DNA from: Spirochaetia bacterium
GTDB lineage: Bacteria; Spirochaetota; Spirochaetia; DSM-27196; Salinispiraceae
NCBI GenBank assembly: GCA_038204425.1
Contig: JBBRCZ010000022.1
Span: forward strand, 1 to 25,805
DNA length: 25,805 bases
Direction of reading: 5' to 3'
Part shown: piece by piece, positions 1 through 9,798 of the stretch
Numbering within the stretch: position 1 is the first letter of the stretch
Layout: the number at the start of each line of letters is the position of its first letter
Position numbers and translations under genes: made by a program
Notes under the pieces: model-generated
Told to the model about the DNA's origin: nothing
What the model saw: only the letters and a program-made list of their open reading frames with translations
Databases searched by the model: none

Positions 1-300
1 ACTTGGATCTGACACCAGCGAGCATCCTGATAATAAGCGGGGAACTCGAACTTCTGCAAAACCTGCTCGAACGCAAAGAAAAACTGACTGTTGGTATCCT
101 CTTGGCGGGTGCTGAGTTCCAAAAGCAGGTTGACCGAAAAATACTGGGACAGGTCAAAAAGGAGAGCGGTGCGAAAAAATGTGCTTGACTTTTATCATAG
201 TGGCACTGTCATTTCAGGATTTTTCCAGCAACGCCGACAGGTGCAACTACACAGGCTTACTAACGAGCCTTTAACACTGATGTAAAGTTACTTACCTTAT

Positions 301-428
301 TTACTCAAAAACAACGCTAATCCTATCACATTCTCTGGTTGCCCTTGTTTGGTCGGCAAGACCAGCTTGATCTAGCTTAAAGCGGTGAGTGACCAGATCT
401 TCTGGGTCAATAGCCATGGTAGCAACCT
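301..428 (-). pseudogene. 3' remnant of a zinc-binding (MDR) alcohol dehydrogenase gene
   Basis: My translation of the minus strand gives RLLPW, then a frame change, then IDPEDLVTHRFKLDQAGLA...CDRISVVFE*. This resembles the MDR C-terminus ('L(I/V)THRF.L..A..A....G...KV.V.F'). No matching 5' part is present; the phn PHP gene lies upstream instead. Confidence 0.45.
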
Positions 429-531
429 CACTTAGCAGCACACGTTTGCTCCACTCGGAATTTGTCAGTATAGTTTTCAACCGCCGCTGAGCTTTTCAAA
501 CTTAGTGCTGCTTGCGGTATTGCTGATTTGG

Positions 532-1374
532 CTAACAACGATTTCTGTTGAGCAAAAAATTTACAAACTCGCTGTCGGCGCTAAAGCTGCCTATCTCTGG
601 TTCGTCGCCATAGCTACCATGAAAGTCGCTCCCTCCTGAGACGTAGAGTTTAAAGGTGTCAGCCATGCTTTGTGCGCGTTGGATATGCTCAAGGCTATGA
701 GAAGGATGGAAGACCTCTATGCCGTCGAGTCCGGCATTGATAAGCTCAGGAACCAGGTCCCAGGTGTCGAGCAGGCCAGGATGGGCTATGACGGCGAGTC
801 CGCCATCAGCCTTAACCGCCTCAAGTGATAGAAAGATATCAACATATTCAATATCGCCAGCCAATGGACCTTGGTTTTTAAACAAACGTTGGTAGAGTTC
901 ACCGTAGAGATCCTCAGCCAAACCTTTTTTTATCAGCAGCGCCATAATGTGTTGCTTATACAAAACTGCCGCATTGGGCGCGATTGCCATAACCTCTTCC
1001 CGATTGATAGCAAAGCCCAAAGAGCCCAGCAAGGCGATCTGTTCCTCGCTACGCTGATTTCGCCTGTGCAAAATTGGGTCGCAAATTGCTTTGATATTGG
1101 CGGCCTTTAGGTCAAACCCATAGGCTAAGAGGTGAACCTTTCGCTTTCTAAGGCTATCCCAGGCAGATATTTCTAGGCCGGGTATCAAGCAAACTTGGCC
1201 AACATTGGCATAGCTCACAGCGTCTAAAAAAGTGCCCGCCGGCATTACAAAGTCATGATCAGTAATCGAAAGGCAGTCGAGCTTTTTGTCACTCGCACTT
1301 TGAATCAGCTCATCTATGCTGGCCGAACCATCTGAAAAAGTACTGTGACAGTGCAAGTCGGCTTTGTACGTCAT
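532..1374 (-). CDS. PHP-family phosphoesterase, probable PhnPP-type cyclic phosphate dihydrolase of the C-P lyase pathway
   Basis: PHP motifs DLHCHSTFSDG, ITDHD, GLEIS, AHPG and GGSDFHG. Last gene of the phn operon, which has no phnP/phnN. ATG at 1374 preferred over the track's GTG at 1398. Confidence 0.8.
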   Translation of the reverse strand: MTYKADLHCHSTFSDGSASIDELIQSASDKKLDCLSITDHDFVMPAGTFLDAVSYANVGQVCLIPGLEISAWDSLRKRKVHLLAYGFDLKAANIKAICDPILHRRNQRSEEQIALLGSLGFAINREEVMAIAPNAAVLYKQHIMALLIKKGLAEDLYGELYQRLFKNQGPLAGDIEYVDIFLSLEAVKADGGLAVIAHPGLLDTWDLVPELINAGLDGIEVFHPSHSLEHIQRAQSMADTFKLYVSGGSDFHGSYGDEPEIGSFSADSEFVNFLLNRNRC

Positions 1375-1394
1375 ACTTTGTACGTCATGCTTTG
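1362..1394. repeat. 14-bp-period tandem duplication at the phnL/PHP junction
   Basis: ctttgtacgtcat(1362-1374)-a-ctttgtacgtcat(1376-1388)-g-ctttg(1390-1394). Confidence 0.9.
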
Positions 1395-2074
1395 GCACTT
1401 GTCAGTTCAAACTCACGATCACAAACATCGTTCATAAATTCGAGATCATGAAAAATGCCCAGCATGGTTGCCCCTGACGCCTTGAGTTTTTCTAGCAAGG
1501 TCCTAACCTTAAACTTGGATGCATTGTCTAGGCTGGCCGTAGGTTCGTCGAGCAAGAGCAAACGCGGTTGCATCGCCATTGCGCGCGCGATGTTTAAACG
1601 CAGCTTTTCTCCGCCAGAAAAAACTACCGGGTAGCTATCCCACAAGCCGGGGTCGAGTTCAAAATGTTGCAAGAGTTGAGCGGCCCTTTGACTGGCTTGT
1701 TCGTTATCCAAACCTCGCGCTAAGGCGGTCTGCTTAACCAGATCGATAGCCGTGGTACGCGGAATAACGTTCAAAAACTGTGATACATAGGCTATTTCGT
1801 GTTTGCGCAAATAGAGCATGCGACGCTCATCGAGCGTGTTGATGGAAACCTTGCCAAACCTTTCTGAGTCGTAGAAAATCTGTCCCTCGTAGGGAACATA
1901 GCTACGAAATATCATTTTGAGGATCGTCGACTTGCCGCTGCCACTTTTACCGGTGATGCCAACAAACTCCCCTTCTTCCAGAGCAAATGATACACCGCCA
2001 CAGGCACGAATGTGTTTGTTCAAGTTTTTTAATTCAAAAGACTTACCTATATTTTGCAATTCCAACAGTGGCAT
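1385..2074 (-). CDS. phnL: C-P lyase system ABC-type ATPase PhnL
   Basis: Walker A GKSGSGKS, YVSQFLNVIPR, FSGGEKLRLNIAR, LLLLDEPTASLD, GIFHD; phn context. Confidence 0.95.
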   Translation of the reverse strand: MPLLELQNIGKSFELKNLNKHIRACGGVSFALEEGEFVGITGKSGSGKSTILKMIFRSYVPYEGQIFYDSERFGKVSINTLDERRMLYLRKHEIAYVSQFLNVIPRTTAIDLVKQTALARGLDNEQASQRAAQLLQHFELDPGLWDSYPVVFSGGEKLRLNIARAMAMQPRLLLLDEPTASLDNASKFKVRTLLEKLKASGATMLGIFHDLEFMNDVCDREFELTSAKA

Positions 2075-2079
2075 TGATA

Positions 2080-2796
2080 TTATCCTTTGACCGAAAATCG
2101 GTCAGCTGTGCTAGGGGCGTCGACTTGGTCACTGCGCCAGCCCGGCACCCATTTATCTGCAAAATCCTCAGCATTGGCGACAAACAATGACATTCTGTCC
2201 TTTAGTTCTTGGTGAGTCCAGTTCCACCATGCTGAGGCGAGAAGAGCATTGGCCAGTTTGGGCTCAAACCTTGTTTTGATAATGCGCGCTGGCACGCCGA
2301 CCGCCACTGCAAAGTCTGGAACGTCGGCGGTCACCACCGCGCCGGAGCCGATCACCGCCCCAATTCCGATTCTAACACCCGCCATCACGGTTACACCGTG
2401 CCCGAGCCAGACGTCGTGGCCAATAAAACTCCTGTTCTTCTGTCTTTGATCAAAAATGCCAGCGTCATCTTGCTGATCAAGACCGTACTGCCTTCTGCGA
2501 TAGGTAAAATGATGCAGACTTGCCCGTTGCATGGGGTGCGCCACCGGCCCTATTCTTACCATGGCAGCAATATTGACAAACTTCCCAATACTGGTGTTTT
2601 GAATAATGCAATAAGGTGAGGTGTACGAATAGTCGTCAAGCTCTACGTTTTCCAGCACGTTTGCTTTGGCAATCTCGGTATAGGTACCAATGCTTACGTT
2701 CTTGACTTGACTGTCTGCTGCAATAAAGCCCTCAGCCGGCAGGTCATCACCAGCTGCAAAGGGACTAGGTGGGCTGTCAGCGAGATTCCTTAACAT
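2080..2796 (-). CDS. Phosphonate-metabolism hexapeptide-repeat (left-handed beta-helix) acyltransferase, CatB/Vat-like
   Basis: [13 protein letters not shown]...[14 protein letters not shown]...[10 protein letters not shown]...[11 protein letters not shown]...GVPARIIK...WWNW. ATG at 2796 follows an AAGGAG RBS; the track's start at 2874 overlaps phnM. Confidence 0.85.
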   Translation of the reverse strand: MLRNLADSPPSPFAAGDDLPAEGFIAADSQVKNVSIGTYTEIAKANVLENVELDDYSYTSPYCIIQNTSIGKFVNIAAMVRIGPVAHPMQRASLHHFTYRRRQYGLDQQDDAGIFDQRQKNRSFIGHDVWLGHGVTVMAGVRIGIGAVIGSGAVVTADVPDFAVAVGVPARIIKTRFEPKLANALLASAWWNWTHQELKDRMSLFVANAEDFADKWVPGWRSDQVDAPSTADRFSVKG

Positions 2797-2828
2797 ACGA
2801 GCTCCTTGGGACCAATCGATTTGGATAA

Positions 2829-4007
2829 TTAGTGCCGATAGCGAGTTTGAAACACGTGGTCGCCCTCGACCCAAACGTCATTGACTGCGCAAAAACCCTT
2901 TTCTACTTCATTAATCAAGAGCAGATCGGCTTTTTTTCCGAGTTCAATCGAACCAAATTGCTTATCGATACCCAATGCTTTAGCTGGATTTAGACTAGCC
3001 AAGCAGAACATGGCAGCCAAATCTTGGCCGTGGAGCCAATGCATTTGAAATATTGCATGCAGGATAGCAGCCGGATAGTAGTCACTGCAAAGTATGCTTA
3101 TGGCGCCTTGTTTAATCGCTTCGGCGGCAGAAAGATTTCCCGAGTGTGAGCCGCCCAGGAGAATGTTTGGTGCGCCGGCCACAGTAAATAGACCGCGTTT
3201 AACTGCCATCTGGGCAACTTCAATAGTTATAGGAAACTCACTTATTTTGGCCCCCAGTGACTGCATAAGTTCAACTTTTTCTAAACTGTCATCGTCGTGG
3301 CTGGCGATTGCAATACCGTGTTCTGTCGCAAGTGCACAAAGCTCCCTCATGCTCTCTAAAGTCATCTTTGCTTTGCCCGAATGATGCTTGAGCAGATCGT
3401 CAAATTGTTGGTCGTCGAGCGGCCGATAGCCTTGAATAGTTTTCTTAAATATCTCCAAGTTTCTGTACTGACCTTGACCCGGACTATGATCCATAAAGGA
3501 AACAAGATGAACTTGCTTAGCGCGAATATAGGCTTTTAACGACTCAAGTTCTTCTAGGTAGTCGATCTCAAAGCGCGCATGAAAACGGTGTCTAACTAAA
3601 TGGTTTTTGTGGTGACTGGCTTCTATAATCTGTGCAAATTTTTCCACATTCTTTTTTTCGCGCAGCGGGTTTACGCCAAATTCACTTGTTTTAAAAAGCG
3701 ACAAAGAATGATACATGGTAGTGATGCCATGGCCTATCAACTCGCGTTCGGCCTCGCGTAGACTTAGGTCAAAATCCATCAAACTGGTGGGGCGAGGTGC
3801 CGCCATATGTTCAATATAGTCAGCATGAATGTCGATAAAACCCGGTGCAAGCCACGCACCTTCCGCTTCAAAAACCTGTACCGTAGCGTCAGGCGCTTTT
3901 AGATTAGGTCCGACACTTGCTATCAAGCCATTGACGATCAGACAGTCATGATTTTCGAGAATCTGTTCAGGAACTACAACTCGCGCGTTTTTGATCAAAT
4001 AGTTCAT
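2829..4007 (-). CDS. phnM: Alpha-D-ribose 1-methylphosphonate 5-triphosphate diphosphatase PhnM
   Basis: [62 protein letters not shown]. Confidence 0.96.
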   Translation of the reverse strand: MNYLIKNARVVVPEQILENHDCLIVNGLIASVGPNLKAPDATVQVFEAEGAWLAPGFIDIHADYIEHMAAPRPTSLMDFDLSLREAERELIGHGITTMYHSLSLFKTSEFGVNPLREKKNVEKFAQIIEASHHKNHLVRHRFHARFEIDYLEELESLKAYIRAKQVHLVSFMDHSPGQGQYRNLEIFKKTIQGYRPLDDQQFDDLLKHHSGKAKMTLESMRELCALATEHGIAIASHDDDSLEKVELMQSLGAKISEFPITIEVAQMAVKRGLFTVAGAPNILLGGSHSGNLSAAEAIKQGAISILCSDYYPAAILHAIFQMHWLHGQDLAAMFCLASLNPAKALGIDKQFGSIELGKKADLLLINEVEKGFCAVNDVWVEGDHVFQTRYRH

Positions 4008-4016
4008 TGTTTGGTC

Positions 4017-4877
4017 CTATAGGAGAGAATGCACAAGAGTTTGTGTATAGTAGTGTTGCGGGTCCTCTAAAATTTGGTCGGTTAAGCCGCTTTCAACCAC
4101 TTCGCCGTTTAACATGACCATGGTTCTGTCTGCCAACATGCGGATAACACCTAAGTCGTGGGAGACGACTATCATGCTGACCTGCGACTCGCGTTGGATG
4201 GTTTTGATGAGGTCAAGAACCTTAGCCTGAACCGACAAGTCGAGGCCGGTGCTGACTTCGTCTAGTAACAATATGGGTGGATTATTTGACATAGCTTTGG
4301 CAATTTGAACCCGTTGCTGCATGCCGCCAGAAAAATTTTTGGGTGATTCTTTTCGACGGCGCTCTGCAATATGCACATATTCCAATAGTGAATTGGCTCG
4401 TTGGGTAATACTCGCTACCCGCATCACCCCTGCTGCAATCATTTTTTCTGCGATATTGCTCATAGCCGAAAAATCCATGCGTAGTCCAAGCAATGGGTTT
4501 TGATAGACCATACCGAGCTTGGTGTTCCTAATCTGTCGTTTGGCCTGCGAACTGAGTCCAAAGAGATTGGCTTGTCCGCCTTCAATGCTAGAAAGTCTAA
4601 ACTCACCTTGGTCGACGTTTTGGTCAAAGTACAGACACTTTAACAAAGTTGATTTGCCACTGCCACTTTCGCCAACTATTCCCACTATTTCACCAGGAAA
4701 AACCTCAAAGTTAACCTGACGCAAAGCATGCACGGTGCCACACATTGTACAAATATTTTTGTCAATTACTAAGCTTGCTGGGTTGGGAACAAGGCATGCC
4801 GAACAGCCAGGGCCAAAGCGTTTGTTAAGATTTTTGATAGAAAGTATCGGGGTTTCGTTCCAGGAAAAATCAGACAC
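4017..4877 (-). CDS. phnK: C-P lyase system ABC-type ATPase PhnK, with an N-terminal CxxC...CxxC insert
   Basis: GIVGESGSGKST, MVYQNP, FSGGMQQRVQIAKA, GLDLSVQAKVLDL, VVESGLTDQILEDPQHYYTQTLV. GTG at 4877 lies 6 nt after GGAGG (alternative ATG at 4907). Confidence 0.95.
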   Translation of the reverse strand: MSDFSWNETPILSIKNLNKRFGPGCSACLVPNPASLVIDKNICTMCGTVHALRQVNFEVFPGEIVGIVGESGSGKSTLLKCLYFDQNVDQGEFRLSSIEGGQANLFGLSSQAKRQIRNTKLGMVYQNPLLGLRMDFSAMSNIAEKMIAAGVMRVASITQRANSLLEYVHIAERRRKESPKNFSGGMQQRVQIAKAMSNNPPILLLDEVSTGLDLSVQAKVLDLIKTIQRESQVSMIVVSHDLGVIRMLADRTMVMLNGEVVESGLTDQILEDPQHYYTQTLVHSLL

Positions 4878-5745
4878 CTTGAGCCTCCCGACAACTTCCT
4901 GTGTCATTGCACTGCCAACGAACTGGGCCAATTCCGTCGTTTAGTTCGTCCATAAAGACGCTGGATCTGCCACACTTGCAGCAATTCTTATCATCAAAAT
5001 TTTCTGGTTCAAAGGGGTAGTCATCAAAATCTAGCGACTTAACCTTGGTATAGGGCGGCACTGCGTAGATCTTTTTCTCACGCCCGGCGCCAAGCAAGAT
5101 GAGGGCAGAACTCTGGTTCATTTTTGGATTGTCATATTTTGGTATGGGAGAAGGGGCCATCACGTAGCGACCTTTGACAAGAACCGGATGGTCTGCTCCG
5201 CCAGCTACTTTTCCATACTTCATAATGTCTTCAAAAAGCATTAACCAAGCGCCGGTGTAGTCCGACTCGGCATGCAGCCTTTTAGTTTTAAATTCACTCG
5301 CTTCATACCAGCGCAAGGGCTCAGGCGTTGGCACCTGCAGAATCATGATTTGATCCTCGCGCAGTGGCAACTCTGGAATGCGATGTCTGGATTGAATCAA
5401 ACTTGCCTCAGCCGTGCTTTCGGTTATCTGCACCAAGCTTGTCTTGTTTATCAATGCCTTAATGCTTACTGCGTTGACAGAATCATCTGCACCTTGATCA
5501 ATTACTTTGACAATGTCTGCTTTGCCTAGCAAGCTAAGCGTAATTTGCAGACCACCAGTTCCCCAGCCACGTGCAATCGGCATTTCTCGCGAGGCAAAAG
5601 GGACTTGGTAGCCAGGAATCGCTATCGCCTTGAGAATGGCCCGTCTGATCTCTTTCTTGGAACCTTCGTCAAAATAGGCAAAGTTATACTGCCGACTTTG
5701 CAATTGGCTTGAGTGCGATTTTGGGCTTGAGCTTGATTTTATCAT
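4870..5745 (-). CDS. phnJ: Alpha-D-ribose 1-methylphosphonate 5-phosphate C-P lyase PhnJ (radical SAM)
   Basis: YNFAYFDEGSKKEIRRAILKAIAIPGYQVPFASREMP, GWGTGG, KVIDQGADDSVNA, GAGREKKIYAVPPYT. C-terminal Cx2Cx20Cx5C carries the Fe-S ligands and catalytic Cys. Confidence 0.97.
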   Translation of the reverse strand: MIKSSSSPKSHSSQLQSRQYNFAYFDEGSKKEIRRAILKAIAIPGYQVPFASREMPIARGWGTGGLQITLSLLGKADIVKVIDQGADDSVNAVSIKALINKTSLVQITESTAEASLIQSRHRIPELPLREDQIMILQVPTPEPLRWYEASEFKTKRLHAESDYTGAWLMLFEDIMKYGKVAGGADHPVLVKGRYVMAPSPIPKYDNPKMNQSSALILLGAGREKKIYAVPPYTKVKSLDFDDYPFEPENFDDKNCCKCGRSSVFMDELNDGIGPVRWQCNDTGSCREAQGV

Positions 5746-6902
5746 GGTGCACCTGGTCCCGTTTTTTTTTGGGCGTTAGACGGACTTTCTTGCTGACGCG
5801 ATGCCCTGACTGCAACCAGTTTTGACTGAAACGTTACGTAGTGTGGCAGTTTAAGATGGGAGATAAAACCGCTGGACTCGACTGAGTCGATATGCAAAAG
5901 AACAAACTCCTCATCATGAGTGGCAAATTTTTCGTTGGGATGTTCGAGACACTGGTCTAAGAGACTCATGGCTATCGTCTTAGTCTCGTTTTGCCCATAG
6001 GAGAGTCCATAGCCGAGTTCAAAGCTTAGGCTCTGCTTGCCATCTGCTTCTATCTTGTTAACTGGAACCAAAGACTCCACTTCGGTGGCTCGAAATTCCC
6101 CAATATAGTAGCTGCCCTGCTCATCGATAGCATCGCCGTCCATTGGGGGTGGGCCGGCGACGTAGACGGGAACATCACCTACCCTGAGTTCGGCAACAGT
6201 TGGGTGAACAGCTCCATAGCCACGCAACGAGGCGTAACCAAGCGAGGTTACTGCACCTGTTTGGCCTCGCGCCATGATTTGCAGCCGCTGACTTCTATTG
6301 CTTGGAAACTCCAGATTTTTCTTAGTTACGTCGCTTGGTGCGGTGTCATTGTTTTCAAATCGGGCAAGAAGTCCTTGATCTCTCAGATATTCAACAACTT
6401 TGGGCAATTGGTCAAAACCCAAGTGTCCGCTCTGGTCTTCTTTTAAAGGCATGCTATCGTCAGGTAAAGACCTAGCTTGACTCGGTTCTGCCTGCTTTTC
6501 GTTGAAGAGATCAAAATCGAGCAGTCTGTGGGTGTAGTCAGGAGATGCGCCAAGTATCTGGCCGCCGGGGATATCCTTAAATGCCGCAGAAATACGTCGT
6601 TCAACCCTCATTTTTCCGGTGTCTACTACCTCGGACTCGTATTTTCTTTGCAAAGTAGAACGATAGGCGCGCAACAAAAAGACAGCTTCTTCTGGGCTTC
6701 CTTCTGCTTGCTTTATGGCAAGTGCCGCAAGCTGCTCATCATACATGCTCGCCTCGGCCATAACCTGATCAATGAGCACGCGTAGTCCAGCACGAACTTG
6801 TTGGACATCAAGCAAGACTCCAGATTTAAGCCTCTTGGACAAAAGAAATTCTTGCGAAGCATCAATGGCTTGTTTGCCACCCTTAACCGCTACATAGGCC
6901 AT
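5742..6902 (-). CDS. phnI: C-P lyase complex subunit PhnI
   Basis: MAYVAVKGG, LAALAIKQAEG, FLLRAYRSTL, RRISAAFKDIPGGQILG, DYTHRLLDF, GFISHLKLPHYVTFQS. Confidence 0.97.
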   Translation of the reverse strand: MAYVAVKGGKQAIDASQEFLLSKRLKSGVLLDVQQVRAGLRVLIDQVMAEASMYDEQLAALAIKQAEGSPEEAVFLLRAYRSTLQRKYESEVVDTGKMRVERRISAAFKDIPGGQILGASPDYTHRLLDFDLFNEKQAEPSQARSLPDDSMPLKEDQSGHLGFDQLPKVVEYLRDQGLLARFENNDTAPSDVTKKNLEFPSNRSQRLQIMARGQTGAVTSLGYASLRGYGAVHPTVAELRVGDVPVYVAGPPPMDGDAIDEQGSYYIGEFRATEVESLVPVNKIEADGKQSLSFELGYGLSYGQNETKTIAMSLLDQCLEHPNEKFATHDEEFVLLHIDSVESSGFISHLKLPHYVTFQSKLVAVRASRQQESPSNAQKKTGPGAP

Positions 6903-7525
6903 TACACTACCGCCTGCGTCATCTTGGTTGTTCGCGGCAAAACCAAAAGTTTGCCTTCCGCATCGGCCAAAATAACATCTATACCCATCGGAAACTCTTC
7001 GACAGCACGATTGCGGCTGGCTAACCAGGCAGGACTTAGCGGAAATTTCTGTTGACGGGCCTGTTCCAGCCCTGGGCCTTCAATGCTAAAGACCATGCCT
7101 GTCTCAACCGATGGCACATATTGAATAAGCGTTGCGCCACTGTGAGGATCGGTTAGGTCGCCTCGACTTAGCGCCTCTGGAACAGACTCTTGCTGCGGCA
7201 GATCGTCAAGACAAAACACAAAACTGGCTTTGTCCAGAGAAACTGGCGCAGCCCCAAGGACTGTAGCAAAGGCTGCTTTGGCTCCAGAAAGCTTGATTTC
7301 GGGAACTAACGAATAGGGTGATTCTTGGTCAATTAGGGTCAAAAGCAAGGCCAAAATTACGGCCGGGGTGCCAGGCAAGGCATGCATTAGAGCGGGCTGG
7401 GCCGCTTTTTTGCTTTGTTCGCCGATATCGACAATCCTACCAGGGAAGGAAAAAGCAGTGAGCAGCTCTCTAAAGACTGCTTGCGTATCGTGCACGTAAT
7501 CAAAAGCCTGACTGTCAACGGTCAT
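6902..7525 (-). CDS. phnH: C-P lyase complex subunit PhnH
   Basis: DYVHDTQAVFRELLTAFSFPG, LLTLIDQE, GDLTDPHSGATLI, EGPG, FPMGIDVI, LPRTT. Confidence 0.93.
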   Translation of the reverse strand: MTVDSQAFDYVHDTQAVFRELLTAFSFPGRIVDIGEQSKKAAQPALMHALPGTPAVILALLLTLIDQESPYSLVPEIKLSGAKAAFATVLGAAPVSLDKASFVFCLDDLPQQESVPEALSRGDLTDPHSGATLIQYVPSVETGMVFSIEGPGLEQARQQKFPLSPAWLASRNRAVEEFPMGIDVILADAEGKLLVLPRTTKMTQAVV

Positions 7526-7981
7526 TTATTCTTCCTCACCCACTTGATCCACTTGATCCGCTTGATCCATACTTTCAAAACTGACCCGCGTAGCAGCCAC
7601 TCGTGAGCTCGCGCGCCTATATTCAACTTGCTGTTTCTTTTGCGCAGCTTCAAAATCGGCGGACCATGTCTCGACCATGGGCAAAGAAGCGTTAAAGGCG
7701 GCGTCGACTATAGCGAGTTGGTATGAACGTTCAAAGTCAGTACCAACGATTAAGCCAAGGCCAAGCACACCCTGAATAAGCACTTTGGTTTCGGTTGCGC
7801 AGATTTCCCCAAGGTAAAACAAGCTATTTTTTGCACTTTCTCTGACCTTGAGCATTACCAAAATTTCCTTGGGTTCTTGAACAAGTTCAGCTTGAAACTG
7901 GGACGTAACTTGGTCCGCCAAGCGGCGTAACAACTCATCAGATGACCTGATCAATAATTCTGTTCTCAAGCGTCGCTGCAC
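7526..7981 (-). CDS. phnG: C-P lyase complex subunit PhnG
   Basis: PKEILVMLKVRE...FYLGEICATE...GLGLIVG...AIVDAA...VAATRVSFESM. GTG start 5 nt after GGAG. Confidence 0.93.
   Translation of the reverse strand: MQRRLRTELLIRSSDELLRRLADQVTSQFQAELVQEPKEILVMLKVRESAKNSLFYLGEICATETKVLIQGVLGLGLIVGTDFERSYQLAIVDAAFNASLPMVETWSADFEAAQKKQQVEYRRASSRVAATRVSFESMDQADQVDQVGEEE
7541..7567. repeat. 9-bp x3 in-frame tandem repeat encoding the PhnG tail DQA-DQV-DQV
   Basis: cacttgatc cacttgatc cgcttgatc. Confidence 0.85.
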
Positions 7982-8000
7982 ATAGACTCCATAATCGCCC

Positions 8001-8032
8001 AGCCTAAGTGCTTAATGTTAGAATTATGTGAC
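8001..8032 (-). promoter_or_regulatory. Putative internal promoter for phnG-PHP with a Pho-box-like direct repeat
   Basis: Minus strand GTCACAT-aatt-CTAACAT (8032-8015; 11-bp period), then 8 nt, then TAGGCT (8006-8001). Lies just downstream of an intrinsic terminator. Confidence 0.6.
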
Positions 8033-8074
8033 CTAGGCGCGAGCGTCCCGTAAAAACCCGATGTGGCTTTGGTT

Positions 8075-8105
8075 AAAAAAAGGGACCTGGTTAATCCAAG
8101 TCCCT
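8075..8105 (-). terminator. Intrinsic terminator after phnDCEE
   Basis: Minus strand AGGGACTTGG-attaa-CCAGGTCCCT followed by a T tract: 10-bp stem with one G-U pair. Confidence 0.8.
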
Positions 8106-8131
8106 CAAGAACATATTTCCTAAACGGCAAC

Positions 8132-8965
8132 CTAGAGCAAGAGTCGCGTTTTTTCTTTGAGTCGCGTTGCCACCAACTCAAAAATGATGGCAGTCACCAA
8201 AATAATCCACGTAAAGGTGCCAACTTCGCGAATATTGGCGTAGTGTCCAGCCGCCATTTGTAAGTTAAAGCCAATGCCACCGGCGCCAGCTGCGGCTCCA
8301 AGCGCCACCGCCTGTACAAAGTTTATTTCAAAACGAAGAAAGGTCCACGAAATCAGATAGCTCATTGAGGCAGGCAATACTGCTTGAAAGACTATTGACC
8401 ACCAACCGGCTCCTCCGGCCTTGAGAGCTTCAATAACGCCATCGTCAAGCTCCTCAAAGGATTCGGTGTAGGCTTTTACCAAGTAACCCGCCGAGTGGAA
8501 GCTCATACCAACAACAGCTGCCACCGAACCCAGTCCAGCCGAAACAGCAAAGATTAGCACCCAGAGTACGGTAGGAACCGCCCTAATTAAGGCAACAAAA
8601 GAACTGATTGGCCCAGACAAGTACTTATTTCCAATGTTGCGCGCCGAAAGTAGCGCCAGAAACAGGGCACAAATCGCGCCTATGAGTGTAGTTAAGAATG
8701 CCATCGAAAGAGTAATCAATAGGTCCAAGGGAATATCTTGCCAGTCAAAATGCTCGATGACTGGTTGAAAAAACATTTTGCCCATATCCTCAAGGGCCTT
8801 GATCATCGCTTGCCAAGGATTAGCACCTTTGATGTCCAAAAAAAACAAGCCTACTATCGAAAGCACCATTAGACCACCCAAAGTGAGGCTTAAGGTTGTT
8901 CGCGATACATTGGGCTGTCGCAGGGGTATAAGGGCCCCTCGCTGGATTTTTGGCGTTTTGCTCAT
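8132..8965 (-). CDS. phnE: Phosphonate ABC transporter permease PhnE (second copy)
   Basis: Multiple TM segments, IRAVPTVLWVLIF, EAA loop ESFEELDDGVIEALKAGGA, FQAVLP, RFEINF, GAGGIG. Confidence 0.93.
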   Translation of the reverse strand: MSKTPKIQRGALIPLRQPNVSRTTLSLTLGGLMVLSIVGLFFLDIKGANPWQAMIKALEDMGKMFFQPVIEHFDWQDIPLDLLITLSMAFLTTLIGAICALFLALLSARNIGNKYLSGPISSFVALIRAVPTVLWVLIFAVSAGLGSVAAVVGMSFHSAGYLVKAYTESFEELDDGVIEALKAGGAGWWSIVFQAVLPASMSYLISWTFLRFEINFVQAVALGAAAGAGGIGFNLQMAAGHYANIREVGTFTWIILVTAIIFELVATRLKEKTRLLL

Positions 8966-9798
8966 AGTATAAGCCTCCTAAGTTTGTTGGACACAAGCTC
9001 CAGCAGAACGATCACAATCACAATAGAAAGAACGGTTAGGCCAGCCGAGGTATACTGCATGCTTTTGTAGTAGATAGAAAACGCAAAGCCAATGCCTGAG
9101 TTGGTTAAGAGACCAACCAAGGTAGCATCACGGATGTTGGTTTCAATCATGTACAAGACCCAGCTTACTATTTGCGGCAAGACCGAAGGCAAGACCGCTT
9201 GAAAGATTATTTGCACCCTTGATGCGCCACTTGCTTTCAGCGCTTCGACCGTACTTTGGCTAGTTTCATCAATGCTTTCCATAAAAGCTCTGGTGAGCAA
9301 ACCGATCGAACCCAAGGCAAGAGCAAGAAAGCCGGTAAAGGTTGATGCGCCAAAACTGAACAAGAAAATTATAGCCCAAGCTACGATGGGTATGTTTCTG
9401 AGTACCGAAGCAAAAGTCCTTATGAGCGCAGAAATGACAGCGTTGCCACCAGTCGAACGTGCACCTAAAAGAGCCAAAGCCAGAGCAATTACTGCACCAA
9501 TGACGGTGGAAACTATCGCCACAAAAACTGTTTCTAAGAGCTTTTGCATGATACGCGGAGCATTAGAGAGTGAGTCTTGGTTTGGGACAAAGTTGTTGGC
9601 CATCCAGCCAAAGGCCTTGGGGAAGGACTCTATGCCAGCAATTAGGTCAAACCCGGCGATGGAGCTTGCCGCAATGGTTAAAGCTAAGACCAGAGCCAAA
9701 CCAATAAATGAACGGATTTTATGTGCCCTAAAGTACACGTTGGCGCGGCTTAGGGCCGTATTTTTTTCTAAGCTATCAATTGCCACGACAGTCCTCAC
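8962..9798 (-). CDS. phnE: Phosphonate ABC transporter permease PhnE (first copy)
   Basis: TM segments, LRNIPIVAWAIIF, ESIDE...VEALKASGA, ETNIRDATLVGL. Confidence 0.93.
   Translation of the reverse strand: MRTVVAIDSLEKNTALSRANVYFRAHKIRSFIGLALVLALTIAASSIAGFDLIAGIESFPKAFGWMANNFVPNQDSLSNAPRIMQKLLETVFVAIVSTVIGAVIALALALLGARSTGGNAVISALIRTFASVLRNIPIVAWAIIFLFSFGASTFTGFLALALGSIGLLTRAFMESIDETSQSTVEALKASGASRVQIIFQAVLPSVLPQIVSWVLYMIETNIRDATLVGLLTNSGIGFAFSIYYKSMQYTSAGLTVLSIVIVIVLLELVSNKLRRLIL

Noticed and set aside
3..285. Plus-strand ORFs 3..188 and 91..285
   Set aside because: No recognisable family. 3..188 is the codon-aligned antisense of an equally plausible minus-strand frame, so the coding strand cannot be decided from this window.
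2080..2796. CatB/Vat antibiotic-resistance acetyltransferase
   Set aside because: Same fold, but its position inside the phn operon and the [14 protein letters not shown] motif fit the phosphonate-associated family.
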